15,459 nt of DNA. Source: Candidatus Altarchaeum sp. (GTDB lineage Archaea > Altiarchaeota > Altiarchaeia > Altiarchaeales > Altiarchaeaceae). Numbering within the stretch: the stretch's first letter is position 1; every line of letters begins with the position of its first letter. Position numbers and translations under genes: made by a program. The stretch covers positions 1 to 15,459 of the forward strand of contig JAGWDQ010000008.1 in the NCBI GenBank assembly GCA_018260615.1. Direction: 5' to 3'. Positions 15,459 through 15,459 of the stretch are shown in pieces. The notes under the pieces are model-generated. The model did no database searches, was not told where the DNA came from, and saw nothing but the letters and a program-made list of their open reading frames with translations.

Positions 15459-15459
15459 T

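Overview
AT-rich archaeal chromosomal segment (archaeal-type TyrRS, Rpo11-like subunit, ATP-dependent ligase, tRNA without encoded CCA). Composition and repeat style suggest Ca. Altiarchaeum or a relative; this is inference only. All well-supported genes are on the + strand: gdhA, glnA, Lrp/AsnC regulator, SAM methyltransferase, tyrS, DUF488, dual-OB-like protein, Zn-finger remnant, rpoL-like, tRNA-Ile(GAU), M50/CBS protease, fused Type IIG restriction-modification enzyme, lig, then a probable radical-SAM 3' end on the - strand. The main non-obvious structure is a 1.8-kb integrase-less islet (DUF488 + dual-OB-like) bounded by an exact 35-bp duplication of the tyrS 3' end. The intergenic spaces also hold a family of covarying AT-rich palindromes, and an octamer-ended element present in both an 'empty' (62 bp) and a 'filled' (376 bp) form. 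All alignments were done by eye; no database searches were run.
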